A stretch of 64,000 nucleotides of DNA from the human T2T-CHM13v2.0 reference genome, Homo sapiens: the NCBI RefSeq assembly GCF_009914755.1, contig NC_060926.1; one strand, given 5' to 3'. The translations under genes were made by a program, and so were the position numbers. A model generated the notes under the pieces. It was not told where the DNA came from, made no database searches, and saw only the letters and a program-made list of their open reading frames with translations. Positions 44,601 to 59,190 of this stretch are shown here, one piece after another. How positions within the stretch are numbered: the first letter of the stretch is position 1; every line of letters starts with the position of its first letter.

Positions 44601-45481
44601 GAGGGGTGAGTCAGAGGAAAGCTACAGAAGGGTGTGCTGGGGACAGGCGTCAAGAGGTGAGGCTGCCTCAGGGAGAGGAAGCACGGGAGGAGACCTGGCC
44701 CAGGAGAGTTTCAGAGGCTCCACCCAGCAGCGTGCAATAGTACCTCCTCCCCCAAGAAATCAGGATTGTGCAGGAAACACTCTCCTACTTCTCAGTGGCC
44801 ACTGGAGAGCTCTGAACCCAGCCCAGGGTCAACTGCCCGGCACTGTCAGGCAGTTCCTCTGACTCCACAGTACATTCTAATTGCAGTCACTGTGAGTACA
44901 CTGGCAATTATGCACCCTGCCCCAAATTCCTAATTGTAGTAGGAAGTTAAACTGGAGCATTTTTTTTTTAAATTGCTCAAACAAGTCTTTAGGAATTTAA
45001 ATGTATTTATAGAAACGTATGTAAGTATGTTTACATACATTTCTATAAAAATATTCTTGTAAGTAAATGTTATTTATATATACTGCACATCTAATGATGC
45101 AATTGGCTTCATGACTTTAGATATTAGAGATTAGGGAGTTTCTTGGTCAGGACAGTCAGGAAGAAGGGAGAGATGCTTAAAGACATTGGCAGAGCTGCAT
45201 GGTAGAAGTCTGATAGAAAGGGCTTGAGTGAAACCTGGAAAGACAGTTCATTAGGGAAAAGGTGCCTGCTGCCTGTTGGGAGCCAGTGCCTCCCACATAT
45301 TGGTGCTCAATGCACTGTGGAACTCAACAGAGCCCTGGCAAAGCACGCTCCGGGACTCACAAATCTGAATGGGTTAAAAGAGAAATAGAAGAATTTGGTC
45401 GTGAGAGAAAACAGAACTTCTAGACTTCTATTTTATCTACATTTTCTGTCCAAGAAAAAAATATTAATACTGAGAAGGAGA

Positions 45482-46266
<785 letters not shown>

Positions 46267-46554
46267 AAGAGACTGACATTGTGTGGGGCAACTGAAGCCC
46301 AGGAGAGGGTGGAGAGTATGAAATGGCATCCAGGTGATGAGAACTGAGTTCTGTTTCTGCCCAGTGACCGGCAGTCCAGCAGTTGGGAGCTGAGCTCTAA
46401 GAATCACCACCACAAACTTCTCAGGAGTCCATAAGACACCAGCAATTCTGGTGGCTTAAAGGGCTAGAAGGTGGCTCCGTAAACCCTGAACCTTGTATTT
46501 ACCTTTGACAAGATTCTAAGATAGATTGCCACAAACATGCTTTAGAAAACCTTA

Positions 46555-47220
<666 letters not shown>

Positions 47221-47575
47221 GACTTTTGTGTTTTGTAGCAGAAATTAATGGGGAAAAATGTTATGGAATTCCGTCATTAACAGAAGTGTATTGTAGCCAC
47301 CAGCCAAGCAAAGGGCTCCAAGGTGCACTAATAGGGTCTTATAGGGTGGGAGGAGGTGGCCCCTTTCTGCTCTGGGCTGATCAAACCTCACCTGAAGCAC
47401 CTTACTTCATTCTCAGGTCTACAGTTTTAGCAGGACAGAGGCAGCTTAGAATCTTCAGGGGAGAGTGAGAGACAGTGAGGGAACTTGTTAGGTGTGAGGT
47501 GGTCAAAGGAACCCTGGACCTTGGAATATCTTGGTGGAATGTGAAAGGAGGTAGACAGATTGAACCATTTTGTAC

Positions 47576-47776
47576 CGAGGGATGCAGACGGAGGTTGGAA
47601 TGTGGATGGAGGCTGGCAAGTTTCCAATATACAAACTGTTCAATGAAGACCAAATGTTCAAGCCATCAAAAGAAGGCCGGGGCTGCTGGATCACTGGGGA
47701 CATCACAGAAGAGTCAAGAGGTTTTCAGGGGCTGCAGGAGATGGTTGCTGGGTCCTCCGTAACTTTGGGCGTGAGT
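47576..47776 (-). ncRNA. MIR4435-2HG: Internal (cassette) exon of MIR4435-2HG/CYTOR, 201 nt
   Basis: Acceptor tattcctttcctag|ACTCACG; donor CCCTCG|gtacaa. Contains the recalled LINC00152 primer site TTGATGGCTTGAACATTTGG. Confidence 0.8.
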
Positions 47777-47899
47777 CTAGGAAAGGAATAATAGCTTTGC
47801 AGAATGCTACAGCAAGTGCAGAAGAGTAAAAAACCACGAAGCTGATGTTTTCTGCACACCTCGTCTGTGCCTCACTCTGTGTTGTGTCCCACAGTTAAC

Positions 47900-48050
47900 A
47901 CTAGCAGCAGCCTCTGAGACAGGCATTATGGTTACCTCCATCCTACAGATGAAGACATTGAGGCTTAGGGATGCAAACTGAATTGCCCAAAGTTACATGA
48001 CCAGTAAGTGGTAGGCTAGTTCAAACCCTGATCTCTGGGACTCCAGTGAC
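47900..48050 (-). mobile_element. MIR
   Basis: cagcctctgagacaggcattat...acagatgaagacattgaggcttag...ttgcccaaagttaca. Confidence 0.75.
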
Positions 48051-48230
48051 AAAAGAACCAGTAGTCTCAGGGGAAAGGCCAAGTGGGTTGTATTTACCAC
48101 CATAAAACCAAAAAAAAGTCTGAAAGAGAGACCTAAGTTTTTCGTTTAGATAGTTTTTATCTCCACTTGGTCTCACCTTAGTAAATTTCACATGAATAGA
48201 ACATGTGGGTGGAATTACGATCAAAAATTA

Positions 48231-48605
<375 letters not shown>

Positions 48606-49229
48606 TCAGGCCAAAATACCACCAAAGACAGCCAACCCTTTGGAGGATGAGCGTATACAATTTAGTCTGAAAGGTGCATGGGAAAAAAGCCACAGAAGGT
48701 GGGCCAGATGGATATCTTCTGGTGATAATGTCAGAGCCACAGGTTGAACCAGAAGCCCAAGCCTGGGAGAATGAAGTATGTCTACAGAATGACTAGGTCT
48801 CAGTAAGGAGGGCCAAAACTGGCCTAGCCGACTCCAAGGGCTCTGACTGAGGTGTCAGAGGTACAGACAGGTGAGGCTGCCCTTATGATGGGAATGTTGG
48901 ATCCTGCCCACAAAACTGGGAGCTCCCTTGTTCCCAAAGCAGGAGAATCACATTCCACATACTTGCAATTGTTGACTACTGGTCAGAATCGTTGAAAACA
49001 AAAAGTGTATTGTTTGAAACCAAAAATAGATTTGATGCACCTGCTAGCAAAATACTAAATTTTTGTAGCTGCCAGATGTAAAGCACAGAATCAGCAATGA
49101 AGAATGCAAAGGGGAGCATACTGTGTCTCTATAATTGAGCATGATGACAATAATTGGCCAGACATTTCACATTTCACCTAACCACTTGCTGCACAATTTA
49201 TCCATGGGTGAAATAAATGGAAGTGGGTC

Positions 49230-49533
49230 TTTTTGTTTTATTTTATTTTTTAAGTAACACAATCTTGCTTTGTTGCCCAGGCTGGAGGGCAGTGGCATGA
49301 TCATAGCTCACTGTAACCTCAAACTTCTGGGCTCAAGCGACCCTCCCACCTCAGTCCCCCAAGCAGCTAGGACTACAGGTGTGCACCACTGTATCTGGCC
49401 AAGTTTGTGTGTGTGTGTATTTTTTTTTATAGATAGAGTCTGGCTATGTTGCCCAGGCTGGTCTCAAACTCCTGGGCTCAAGTGATCCTCCCACAGTGCT
49501 GGGATTATAGGCATGAGCCACTGCGTCCAGCCC
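49230..49533 (-). mobile_element. AluJ SINE
   Basis: catgatcatagctcactgtaacctcaaacttctgggctcaagcg... Confidence 0.9.
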
Positions 49534-49570
49534 AGAAATGGGTATTTTAAACGTATTACGAAAAACAAAT

Positions 49571-49949
49571 TGTTATGGGTGGAGATGTGTCCCCTGCAAA
49601 TTCATATGTTGAAATCTTAACCTCTAGCACCCCAGAATGTGACTGTATTTGGACATATGGCCTTTAAAGAAGTAAAGTAAAATGAGATAATTACTTTAGG
49701 CCCTAATCCAATTTGACTGGCCCTACTAGGAAATGGAAATCAGGACACAGACATGAGCACATACAGAGAAAAGACTGTGCCAGGAGCAAGCTGCCATCTG
49801 CAAGCCAAGGAGAGAGCTCTCAGAAAAAAACGATCTTGCCGACACCTTCCTTTTGCACTTCCAGCCTCCAGGACTGTAAGAAAAGAAATTTCTGTTGTTT
49901 AAGCCACCAAGTAGTATTTCGTTATAGCAGTCCAAGCAAACTAATGCAC
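49571..49949 (+). mobile_element. MLT1 (MLT1B-like) LTR
   Basis: tgttatgggtgg...aattcatatgttgaaatcttaacc...cagcctccaggactgtaagaaaagaaatttctgttgtttaagccacc...gcaaactaatgca. Confidence 0.88.
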
Positions 49950-50340
49950 ATATCAAAACTACTTTAGTTTTTCCACTTTGTTGCAAACAATTGCAAGGTG
50001 TCCAGGTTTTCTGTCTTCCCCCAGCCTGCAAGTGCTCAGAGGACACCCAACCCTATGATCTCAGCCAACTCATGAAGTTTGATTTCACAACTTAGTGATG
50101 TCTTCCCAGTGGAATCCTAAATGATAAGGAAAATGGTATAGAGCCAAGACTTGAACATTAACAACCCAGGAGCACAGAAACAGCACAGTTAGCTGAGAGG
50201 CGTTATGGAGAGAAGCAACTGAATGCACACTGAGCGCTGTGAGAAGTCCACGACAGTGGGGAACAGCGCCCACCGTCACAAAAAGAAAGACCCTCGGCAG
50301 GTACTTTAGAGTCACGTTCATGCTGTAATATGTGGGGAAG

Positions 50341-51895
50341 AAAGACTATTCCAAATGGATCTGGCTCTTTAAAACAAGGGAATTTTCCTTGCTCTTGGGA
50401 ACCAGCAAAATCCAGCTGCTCATTGAACTGCCTGTCTGGAATCTCACAAATTTGCACCTTGAAGTTGTTAATAAAGGACTAAGTTGATAATTCAAACAAA
50501 CCCTGTGGTTTGGAAGTCACTGTTTTTCTGCTTAGCGTTCGACTTTCAAGCTCTTCTTTTGGAATAGCTCTTCAGGGCATTCTATGGATGTGTAATAAAC
50601 CGACAAATTCCTTGTGAGAAGTTTTAGAAACTGTCAGGTGAAATGAGCCAGGTGCGAGGGCCCAGATGGCTCAAAGCTGAAGCAATGAGGGCTCTTTTCA
50701 CTGTAGCTTCTAAATGGGCTCCCAGGGTACACCCCCACACACCAAAAATTTTCAGCCATGTTTTGGTAGAAGAGTGTGTCATCCTGAGGGTGGTACCACG
50801 AGGGACCACATCATTTGCATATTTATGTCACAGCAGGCCTGATCCACACAAACTCCTGTCGCTTACCGAGTTGTGCACCTTTACCTCCATGTGCTCACTG
50901 GGCAGCTGGAAGACACACAGTGAACCTCTTGTGCTCTCAGCCTTGGTTTGCTGACCTCCATGCCTTTGCACATGCTGACCCCCGCTCCACACACCCGGAC
51001 CACCACTGCACATCCAAACCCACCTGCCTCTCAGGGCCTTGTCCAAATGCTGCCTCCTTCATGAGCACCCATAGTGAGTCCAAGGCAAGTCCCTGTCCCT
51101 CCCTAAACTCCAGGTCACGTCACCCCAAGTCATCTTCATCAATTTCCCTTCCTTTTTTATATCCCCATTGCTTAGATCTTGCTTTTATGGCATGGCTGTA
51201 AGTGGTTTCCACTGGGATGCCTTTCTAGTTCACCTCTGTGTCCTCATCAATTCGGCGCTGAATTATATACCTGTGATTTTTTTTCACTTCCTTTCAATGT
51301 CATTACTTTCTAATTGCAAAGCAGAAACATTCCTAGTAGTATATTCCAAAGCACACTGTCATTTGGTGTTCTTTATAATGTACAGTGACTATCACGTTTG
51401 CCCTTCCAAGCCCTAAAATCTTTCCACTCATCTCTTCTGCTTATATGCCTTGATGCAAGAGGGGTTAAAGTTTCATGCATAAAATGTCTGCACTAGAGGG
51501 CACACTAGAGCATGTCCATGCATAAATGTGAACACATATAAATGTGTGCATGGGATGAGGCAAGAAGACGGGGATAGTAGAGAGAACAGAGGCTGGCTGA
51601 ATCTCCTCGGGAGATGATCTGGAGGAGCTGCATTTAATCCAAACATAAAGCCTTGGTCTAGGAAGTGATCTTCTTCAAAGGCTCTTAGTCTCGTGCATGA
51701 ACATGAAGCAGCAGAACCTGTGACTTCCAAACCACAGGGCCGTTTAAATTATCTCCTGTTCCTTTATTAACAATGTCAGCATGCAAATTTGTGAGATTTC
51801 AGGACATACAATTCAGGGAGTAGTGGAATTTGTGGGTACCAAATAGCAAGAAGTTTCCTTGTTTTAAAAGAACCAGATCAACTGGAATATTCTTT
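50341..51895. repeat. Diverged non-Alu inverted repeat (arms ~50341-50540 and ~51699-51895)
   Basis: Reverse complement of the left arm aligns by eye to the right arm, with exact blocks gtgacttccaaaccacaggg, tcctttattaacaa, tgcaaatttgtgagatt and ccttgttttaaa. Confidence 0.9.
50950..51250 (+). mobile_element. L2 3'-region fragment (in the inverted-repeat spacer)
   Basis: gcctttgcacatgctg...tcagggccttgtccaaatgctgcctccttcatgagc pattern. Confidence 0.5.
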
Positions 51896-52613
51896 ATTAA
51901 TTATATATTACCTAATACTATCTGGGAGTGCAGCTATTGACCAGCGATGGCAAGCTGTCCATCACGGGCAGTGAAAGGGCCTGGCTGGGCCGCCTGTTTC
52001 TCCATGGCTGCCAGAGACATTGGCCCTGGTCACTTACACGATCTCCACGTGTATAGCCCAGCAGAGGAGCTGGCCACACTGCAGTGGCTGCAGGAGCATG
52101 CAGGTGTCTCCATTTGTTATTGGTGGCTACTTAGCCAACATATACTTGGGGGAAGGAGGGGGAGTCCCCCAGAGGTGCTTCACCAATTCCGTAATAACAG
52201 TTCTGCTCTGTAACACTCTTAATGCTTGGGCGAGAGAAACTGCTGCCACCCCATGCCCACCTTCACACGTGTCACGTTTTTCTGGCCCATCTGCACAGGC
52301 AGGGGCCCAGGTGTTGCCATCTGTTCTGAATTCTCAAAATGTCAGTGTAATATGGGCAGCCTAGAGTTTCACAATTCAGCCAGTTATTCACCCTGCCACG
52401 TCTGTCTTGATTGTGGCTCTCATGTGTCCATTCTGCTGCTGCCTCCCACAAGCCAGGTCCTTTCCTTCCAGGCCACACCAAGATCCATGCTGAAAGTGAC
52501 TTCTAGGAGGGCTACAAATCTCCAGTGTTTCTTCACTTCAATTCTTCCCACCAAGTCATTATTCTAAAGCTGCACATTGATCATTCCATACTTTGCTCAA
52601 AAACTCTAAGCAG

Positions 52614-52641
52614 CACACACACACATGTGCACAGACACACA

Positions 52642-52676
<35 letters not shown>
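52614..52676. repeat. (CA)n microsatellite
   Basis: Interrupted CA run read directly. Confidence 0.95.
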
Positions 52677-52678
<2 letters not shown>

Positions 52679-54481
52679 CCCTGCAGGTGGAAGACCCAAC
52701 CCAACACTGTGATCTGACAGTTGGGACTCTACACACATGTCCCCAGCCTCCTGCTCCACCGCAGCTTGCCTGAGCCAGTGAGCCCAGATGTGCCACAGGC
52801 ACCTGCACTCCGCCTCTGACCATGCCACTCCTCCATTTGTAATTATTTTCCCATTTTAAAAATTTCAATCCAATGTCACTTATCTTCTGCCTATAGTAAT
52901 TTATTGCTTCTAATCTTCTACAATATTCATATGTTTTGTCCTCAAAACATTTGTGTTTTTTGGAAGCCTGGTCCCATGAAATTCTCTAAGAAAAAAACAG
53001 AAAGTTCCACCATCATCTACATTTAACATATACCACAAATGTTATGCTGTTTCACATATTTTCAAAACACATATTTGGATATTTAAAATGCACGACCAAA
53101 GGCTCTGAGAAGTCTTGCAGATTTTTAGAAAAAGATGTTTCTCTTGGGTCAACCTGGCTTTTCCCATGCTATATTTATTTGACTGTACACCCTTTGGGGA
53201 CACAGTATTTATAATGGTCTCCTCCACTCACTGGCACCCCCTGACCTCCAGTGCTCCCTTTACAGGCATCACCACATTACGAACAACTGACCCACAGGTC
53301 ACCTGAACATAAAAACAGTACAGAGGAAGTGATAGCAAACTTTCTGCTCCTTATGGGGCAACTGCAGCTGGATGTGCTGGGTATTTCATCTCTGAAGCCA
53401 TCATGTTGGTTGAGCTCCCAGATTCTGTAAGCTCTGACCTCAGTGAGCTCACCTTGGCTGGAGCCTGATCTGTACAATCCAGGACTTGTTTGGGAGCTGT
53501 GGGTTTAGGAGAGTTTGGGTGGGAACATGGGTGGGATGGGCATCATGGCCCCCTGGTGCTTTCTTTACAACTAGACAGTAAGTTTCTCCCAGGTAGGGTG
53601 CTTCTTTGCATTATTGGCCTGAGCCTAAGGTCCTCACAGTGATAGAAATGCACCTCTGATTATTCTCTCTGAGTCCCTGAATGCTGAGACCAGGCTGATA
53701 CCCAGTACAGGGAGGACCCTAAGGTTGCAGGATATGAGTGGTGAGAGAAGAACCCTGGAGAAACTCAGTTTCTCAATCCCAAGAGATCCCAGGGATGGGT
53801 GGATAAATTGGAAAGGCTGCCCAACAGCCCCACTCCACAGAGCATGCCTTAAATTAAGACAGAGTGTTCTCCTGCAACTAGTCCTTCATGGCCCCTGACC
53901 TCTTAGTTCTGGGAACCAAGTGGAATAAGTGTCATCAGTCTGGTGGAGCAGGCAGGCCTCCTGCTGGCAGCCTGCCCTCTCTGTGGACCCTTCCAGGACA
54001 GAGAACACAGCCCAAGCACAGCAAGCCATGGGGCTGGAGGCTCCATGGTATCAGAATCTCATCACATATTCTATCCTTGACCCTTCATTTCTTTAAGTTG
54101 CTTTGAAGCCACATTTCATATATCAGGACCTGCTGTTTACATAAAGCAGTGGTGGAGAGTCCCATTCATCAAAGGCAACTGCATGTCATTTGGCGCTGGC
54201 CCTGCCTTGTGGCAGAGGCCCCCTAGAGACCTATGCTAGGTGACTAGAAGCATCTTCTGGGCTCAGCAGGAAAGGGGCTAAGGCCCACCAATACCCAGAC
54301 CTGCATGTCCAGAGACAGTGTCAAATTTGACCTGAAATATTAAGAGTTTAATGCCTTCTTGTTTTACAGTTTTAAAGGGGCAATTTCTGACATTCTTGTT
54401 TTTAATAAAAAGGAAGAGAAAAGCACAGAGTTTTAAATTATGTAATTACAAAGCGGTGCAAAATGAACATGTGCGGCCTTT

Positions 54482-54600
54482 GTTCAAAAGCCATTAAGAA
54501 TTTTAAGATGGTAACAGCAGGGCATTAAACCAAGCCAGGCCCTTCTGCGCAGGGGAGGCCCTAAGCGACTGCACAGCGCGCACACCTGTGAGGCCGGCCG
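54482..54600 (-). mobile_element. MER91A-like hAT-Tip100 fragment
   Basis: tgttcaaaa...ttaagaattttaagatgg...gcattaaaccaag...gactgcacag...tgaggccggcc. Confidence 0.65.
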
Positions 54601-55399
54601 AGCAGATATCAACATCGGCCACGGGTCCGACAGGGAGAGTGCCAGGGACTTCATGGTCTCACTGTAAGGCCTGCAAGGTGGCAAGACAGAAGTACAGCAT
54701 CCTGGAAAGACTTCCTTGAAAAGAGGCTCTCAGCCCAGCCCTCGGTGCCCTCCCAGATTCCCACGCTCTTGGGGTTTGGGCCGACTTGGCAGCCTCTAAT
54801 CGTTTGATTTGACTCAAGCGCCACACTTGGTGGGTTCAGTCTCCTTCTTGTAGGTTGTGTCCATTCCTACTCTTGAGATTATTTTCATCAATCTGTTTTG
54901 TTTTTGGCCCCAATCAGGCCTATTTTTTATTTGGGTTGCTTGTCTACATTTCACACTCAAGGTCAAACTTTCTCAATATGCAGATACTAAAACGTGATTC
55001 TCCGGGGGCCCTGCCTGGCCTGGCCTGGCCTGTGCTCAGCCCTGGTTGTCTGTCTTTCCCTGAGCTGACCACACCCTGGATCCATTTATGCCGAGGCTCT
55101 CTGAAGCTCACCTCCTGAAATCTCTCGGCTGCTCCGGCCCCAGTGGCCCTCCACTGCGTTCACTGTCCGCTGGTTCCCGTTATCAGGTCCTGACTCCTTC
55201 CTGTTTCTGGCCCATATTCTCTAAAAGCTCTGAGCTCCATTCCTCTGCCTCTTTGCCCTGAAGTCACATGGGAGACGGAAAGACACAGACGTTGTGTCAA
55301 AGCTCTACCCAATCCCACATTCCAACTGGAAACTGCCCATTTGACACCTCCCCAACACATAAAACTTATCAACTTAAATATCATAATTTCAGCAGGAAA

Positions 55400-55780
55400 A
55401 AAGTGAATGACTTAATAAATAGTCTGGGAAAATTTGCTACACATTTAGGGTAAAATGAAACTCCCTTACTTCAAATTATAAACAAAAATAAGTTCTACTT
55501 GACTTGACATTTTAAACCAAAAATAAAATTACTAAGTATCAGAAGAAAAAAATCTGAGGATATTTTTCGAATCTAGGGGTAGGAACAGACTTTCTAAGCA
55601 AGACAAAACCTGGGTGTTAAAAGGAAAATAATAACTACTTAAAAGTTAAATAGTTCCATAATATAAACGACACAGTAAAGAAAGTTAAGACAGGTTGAGA
55701 GAAAGTATTTGCAGCATATATATCAAAGTCTTAAAATCCAGGATATTAGAAAAGTTCCCCCAGAACAACAATAAAAAAAA
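55400..55780 (+). mobile_element. Old L1M ORF2/3' fragment
   Basis: A-rich, with ctaggggtaggaacagactttctaagcaagac and gagaaagtatttgcagcatatatatc motifs. Confidence 0.6.
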
Positions 55781-57682
55781 GGAAGAAAAGGAGAAGGAAG
55801 AAAGGAACGAAGGGAGGGAGGGAGGGGAAAGGGAAGAGACAGAGGGAATAAAGGAGGGAGGGAGGGGAAAAGAGGGCAAAAAATATAAGGAGGCAATTTA
55901 TAAAAGAGCAATAGGTCTTCTTAAACCAATCTTCCCCAGAGCAAATATATATAAAATCAGTATTTCTGGAGGCTGAGCTTAATCCTTTACTTTTTTTCAG
56001 TGCTTAGCTACAATTTTATTGGATTTTTACCATAAAACTAACTCTTCAGCAAAGAGGGCACATTTTAAATAGACCTTCTAAATGCAGAGTTCTTCTGAGT
56101 TATGAATGACTGCAAGGTAGCATGACTACAAAAATTGTTCTAAACAACATTATTCTAAATTATTCTGCATGATTATTATATTATTCTAACAACTATATTA
56201 TTCCAAATTTTAAAGGAGATTAATTATGGGAGAGATGGTTTACGCAATTACCAAATACACAGAGAGGACAGGATTGGGAGGAAATATGCCTGATTGGGAA
56301 CAGTGGGTAACTCTAGTGGTAGGAATGTCGGTGGTGAGTTTTATTTTCTTCCTTGTCTTTTCTTCTAAACCCCTGCACCTGGCATCAAGACAGGCAGTGC
56401 CACCTGGGCACCAGCAGAGCCCTCCTCTGTCCTGGGGCAGCCGACCCTCAGGGGCACCTCTGCTCCCAGGGTGTCTTTCACCTGGGGCTTTTATATTTTC
56501 TTCAGATATTGCCTTAAAGAAACATGCTATTCATATCCTACAGACATTTTTTTTACATGGTTTTTGCGTTGCTTCAAATAATGTCCTCAATTTTACAATA
56601 AGAGGATTATTTAAAATTTTAAAAGCTGACACTCGTAGCAAACTACTGTGACCTGTGGTGCCTGCATCCCCTGCCCGGCCACTAGGTTGTCCCGGTTAGA
56701 GTCCAAATGCCCCCCAGCTGCCTGCTCACATTTCTGAGGTGGGCAGGGATCCATGGGCCGCTCTTTGGCCCACTCCCGTGCACGTGGGATGTCCACAGCT
56801 GGGACACCTGTGCGTGGGCACCCGCCCTGCAGGTCGCCTCCAGATCTGAGTCCTCACTCCTCCGCCTCTTGACTTTGAAGTCAAGGTTTCACTCTCTTGA
56901 CGAATACTCACTGCTTAAGGCTACCCTTGCTACTAAAATAACTTTCCATGAAATACTCTGAAAGAAGCTTCTTGACTGTAAATGCCATTATATTATCAGA
57001 AATGCCATGTTTGTGTGCGGTTATGTCTTGTGTAACTGACTCCACCGGATTTTCGAGGTGAAGATTGCTCGTTTTTGTCATTTCCAAAACCCAACATTCT
57101 TTCACTATAATGTGGCAACTTCTCAGTTCTTTAAACTATTTTTTTCTTTAAGTTCTTATGAATTGATGGTTCCTGTTTTTCTGAACTGTGTGTTGAACCC
57201 GTGCTTCTGCTAGGTTCAGAGTCACCTTTGTTCAATAACTAGCAAATGAGGCAAAAAGGTCTCACATAAAATGTGACTTTGTGGCCACTTGGGAGCCTCC
57301 ATCTCCTCTCTTTGTAAATTTTAATTTGAAGAGACGAGTGTGAACCTCAAAGGAGGGAAAGGGAGCGGGAAAATGGCAATGTGGGTGAAAGTTCCATGTT
57401 CGGGCGAGGTTCTCTGTGTGAGGTGAGACTGTGCTGTCCTGCTCACATGGGAACCATGGCTCGGCCGCCAACCTCGCATGGAGTACAGGGACCCACACAG
57501 AGACACACTCTGTAGCCCACCAGAGCACGGATCCCATCCCATATAAAGATGAAATGAGTCTTTTTGTTTTTTTCTTTTTAGCACATGTAAAGACCAAATT
57601 TTTCTTTTGAACCTCGATTTTCTTTTGAACCTTGATTTAACTTTTAGGAAAAGTGAAAACAAAAGGAGAATATTGTATTCAC

Positions 57683-57828
57683 CCAAATAAAAAATGATTT
57701 CCTGCGTCCAGGTTGACTGCTCATCCATTAGCAGCAGATGTCTCTCGAGTAGCTGAACCACACCAAGCTGGACCTGGGACTTGAGGAGCCCCCTTCAACC
57801 TCTGCCAGGACGCACGCTGGATTAGCAT
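57683..57828 (-). ncRNA. MIR4435-2HG: Internal exon of MIR4435-2HG/CYTOR, ~146 nt
   Basis: Acceptor ...gccctagcag|ATGCTAATCC (NAGNAG) at the edge of an MLT1 LTR; donor TTTGG|gtgaat. Position fits a recalled exon ~15 kb from the TSS. Confidence 0.6.
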
Positions 57829-58231
57829 CTGCTAGGGCTGCCGTAAGAAAGTACCAAAAAATAAGTGGCTTAAACAATAAAATATTGTCTCACAGTTCTG
57901 AAGGCTGGAAGTCTGAGATCACAGTGCCCACTGGGCCAGGCTACCTCCAAAGGGAAGGCTATGTTCCAGCCTCTCTCTCGGCTTCTGGTGGTGTAGCTGT
58001 TTAAGTCCAGTCTTCACATGGTGCACTCCCTGAGTGTGTGTCTGTCTTGAAATTTCCCCTTCTTATAAGGACACCAGTGATATGGGATCAGGGGCCCACC
58101 CGACTCCAGCATGACCTCATTTGAACTAATTACATCGGCAATGGCACTATTTCCAAATAAGGTCACGTCTGAGCTGCCAGGGGCAAGGACGTCCACATGT
58201 GAATTTTGGGAGACACAAGTCAACCCATCAC
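57820..58231 (-). mobile_element. MLT1 (MaLR) LTR
   Basis: attagcatctgctagggctgccgtaag...tctcacagttctgaaggctggaagtctgagatc...gacacaagtcaacccatcaca. Confidence 0.88.
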
Positions 58232-59190
58232 ACACAGAGGCCCTAAAGGATGAATCACACACGTCTGGACTCCTACTCACTTTCTTAGTCGTGTCTTCTA
58301 CCAGTCCTCTTTCCCCAAACTCGTTCCCCTGAAAGCAAGTTGCCTTCCCACTAAGAACAGACCATTTGCTTTCTTTCCCTTCAGTGTCAGTGTCTATGCT
58401 AAGGAGAAGGTTGTTTAAAAAGCAGCTCAAAATCCACCAGACTCCTCAGGAAGTGCCTCTCAGGGAGGCCTCTAGACGGGGCTGCTGTGCCTCAGTAGCC
58501 TCAGTAAAGACCTCCCTCCAGCTGCCCTGTGTCTCCTGACTCCCGGGCTTTGTGATTCTAACCTCATGGGTGATCTGAGGGTAAACCCCAGGAAGTCCTG
58601 TAGGTCCCAGGGCTGTTCCTGTGAGGACAGCTGTCCCCTGCACGCGCGTGGGGTGCCGTGTGCTCCTGAGGAGCCGGCTGGGGCAGGCAGGGCCCAGTGA
58701 CACCTGGGCTGGAACTGTGGCTCCCCCACTTGTTTGCTGGCTCTGCTTCCTCTTTAAGAAACGAGGATGATCATGTAGGGTTCCTAAGGGGGTTAAAGTG
58801 TGTGAACTCCTTAGAGGCGCACGTAGCCCAGAGGAGAAACATAAGTCAGCCTCAGCTCCTCACGGTGCCTTCGGCCACAGACAGCATTTGCCTTCACCAG
58901 GCTTCTTTTTAAAACAATTCTTGACTTGGAAAGGGTCCTTGGGAAAAATTAAAATTTTTAAAATAAATAAATAAAATCTGAGGTTAATTCTTTTGAAGAT
59001 CCAATCTCCATTTCCTCATCCATCTGTTTTGTAAATACAATCTGGTGTCCAGGCGACTCTGAGGGACTGGGACCCTCCTGAATCACACAGCGTCCAAGTC
59101 ACTCACTGCTCTCATTTCTGGCTATCAGATTGTTCCCCGGGGGAATGGAGTCTCCGCCCCTGGGAGCTCAGTTCGAAACCACGGCTGACC

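Noticed and set aside
55695-55976. Lys/Glu/Gly-rich 93-aa ORF
   Set aside because: Low-complexity GA-rich repeat beside an old L1 fragment.
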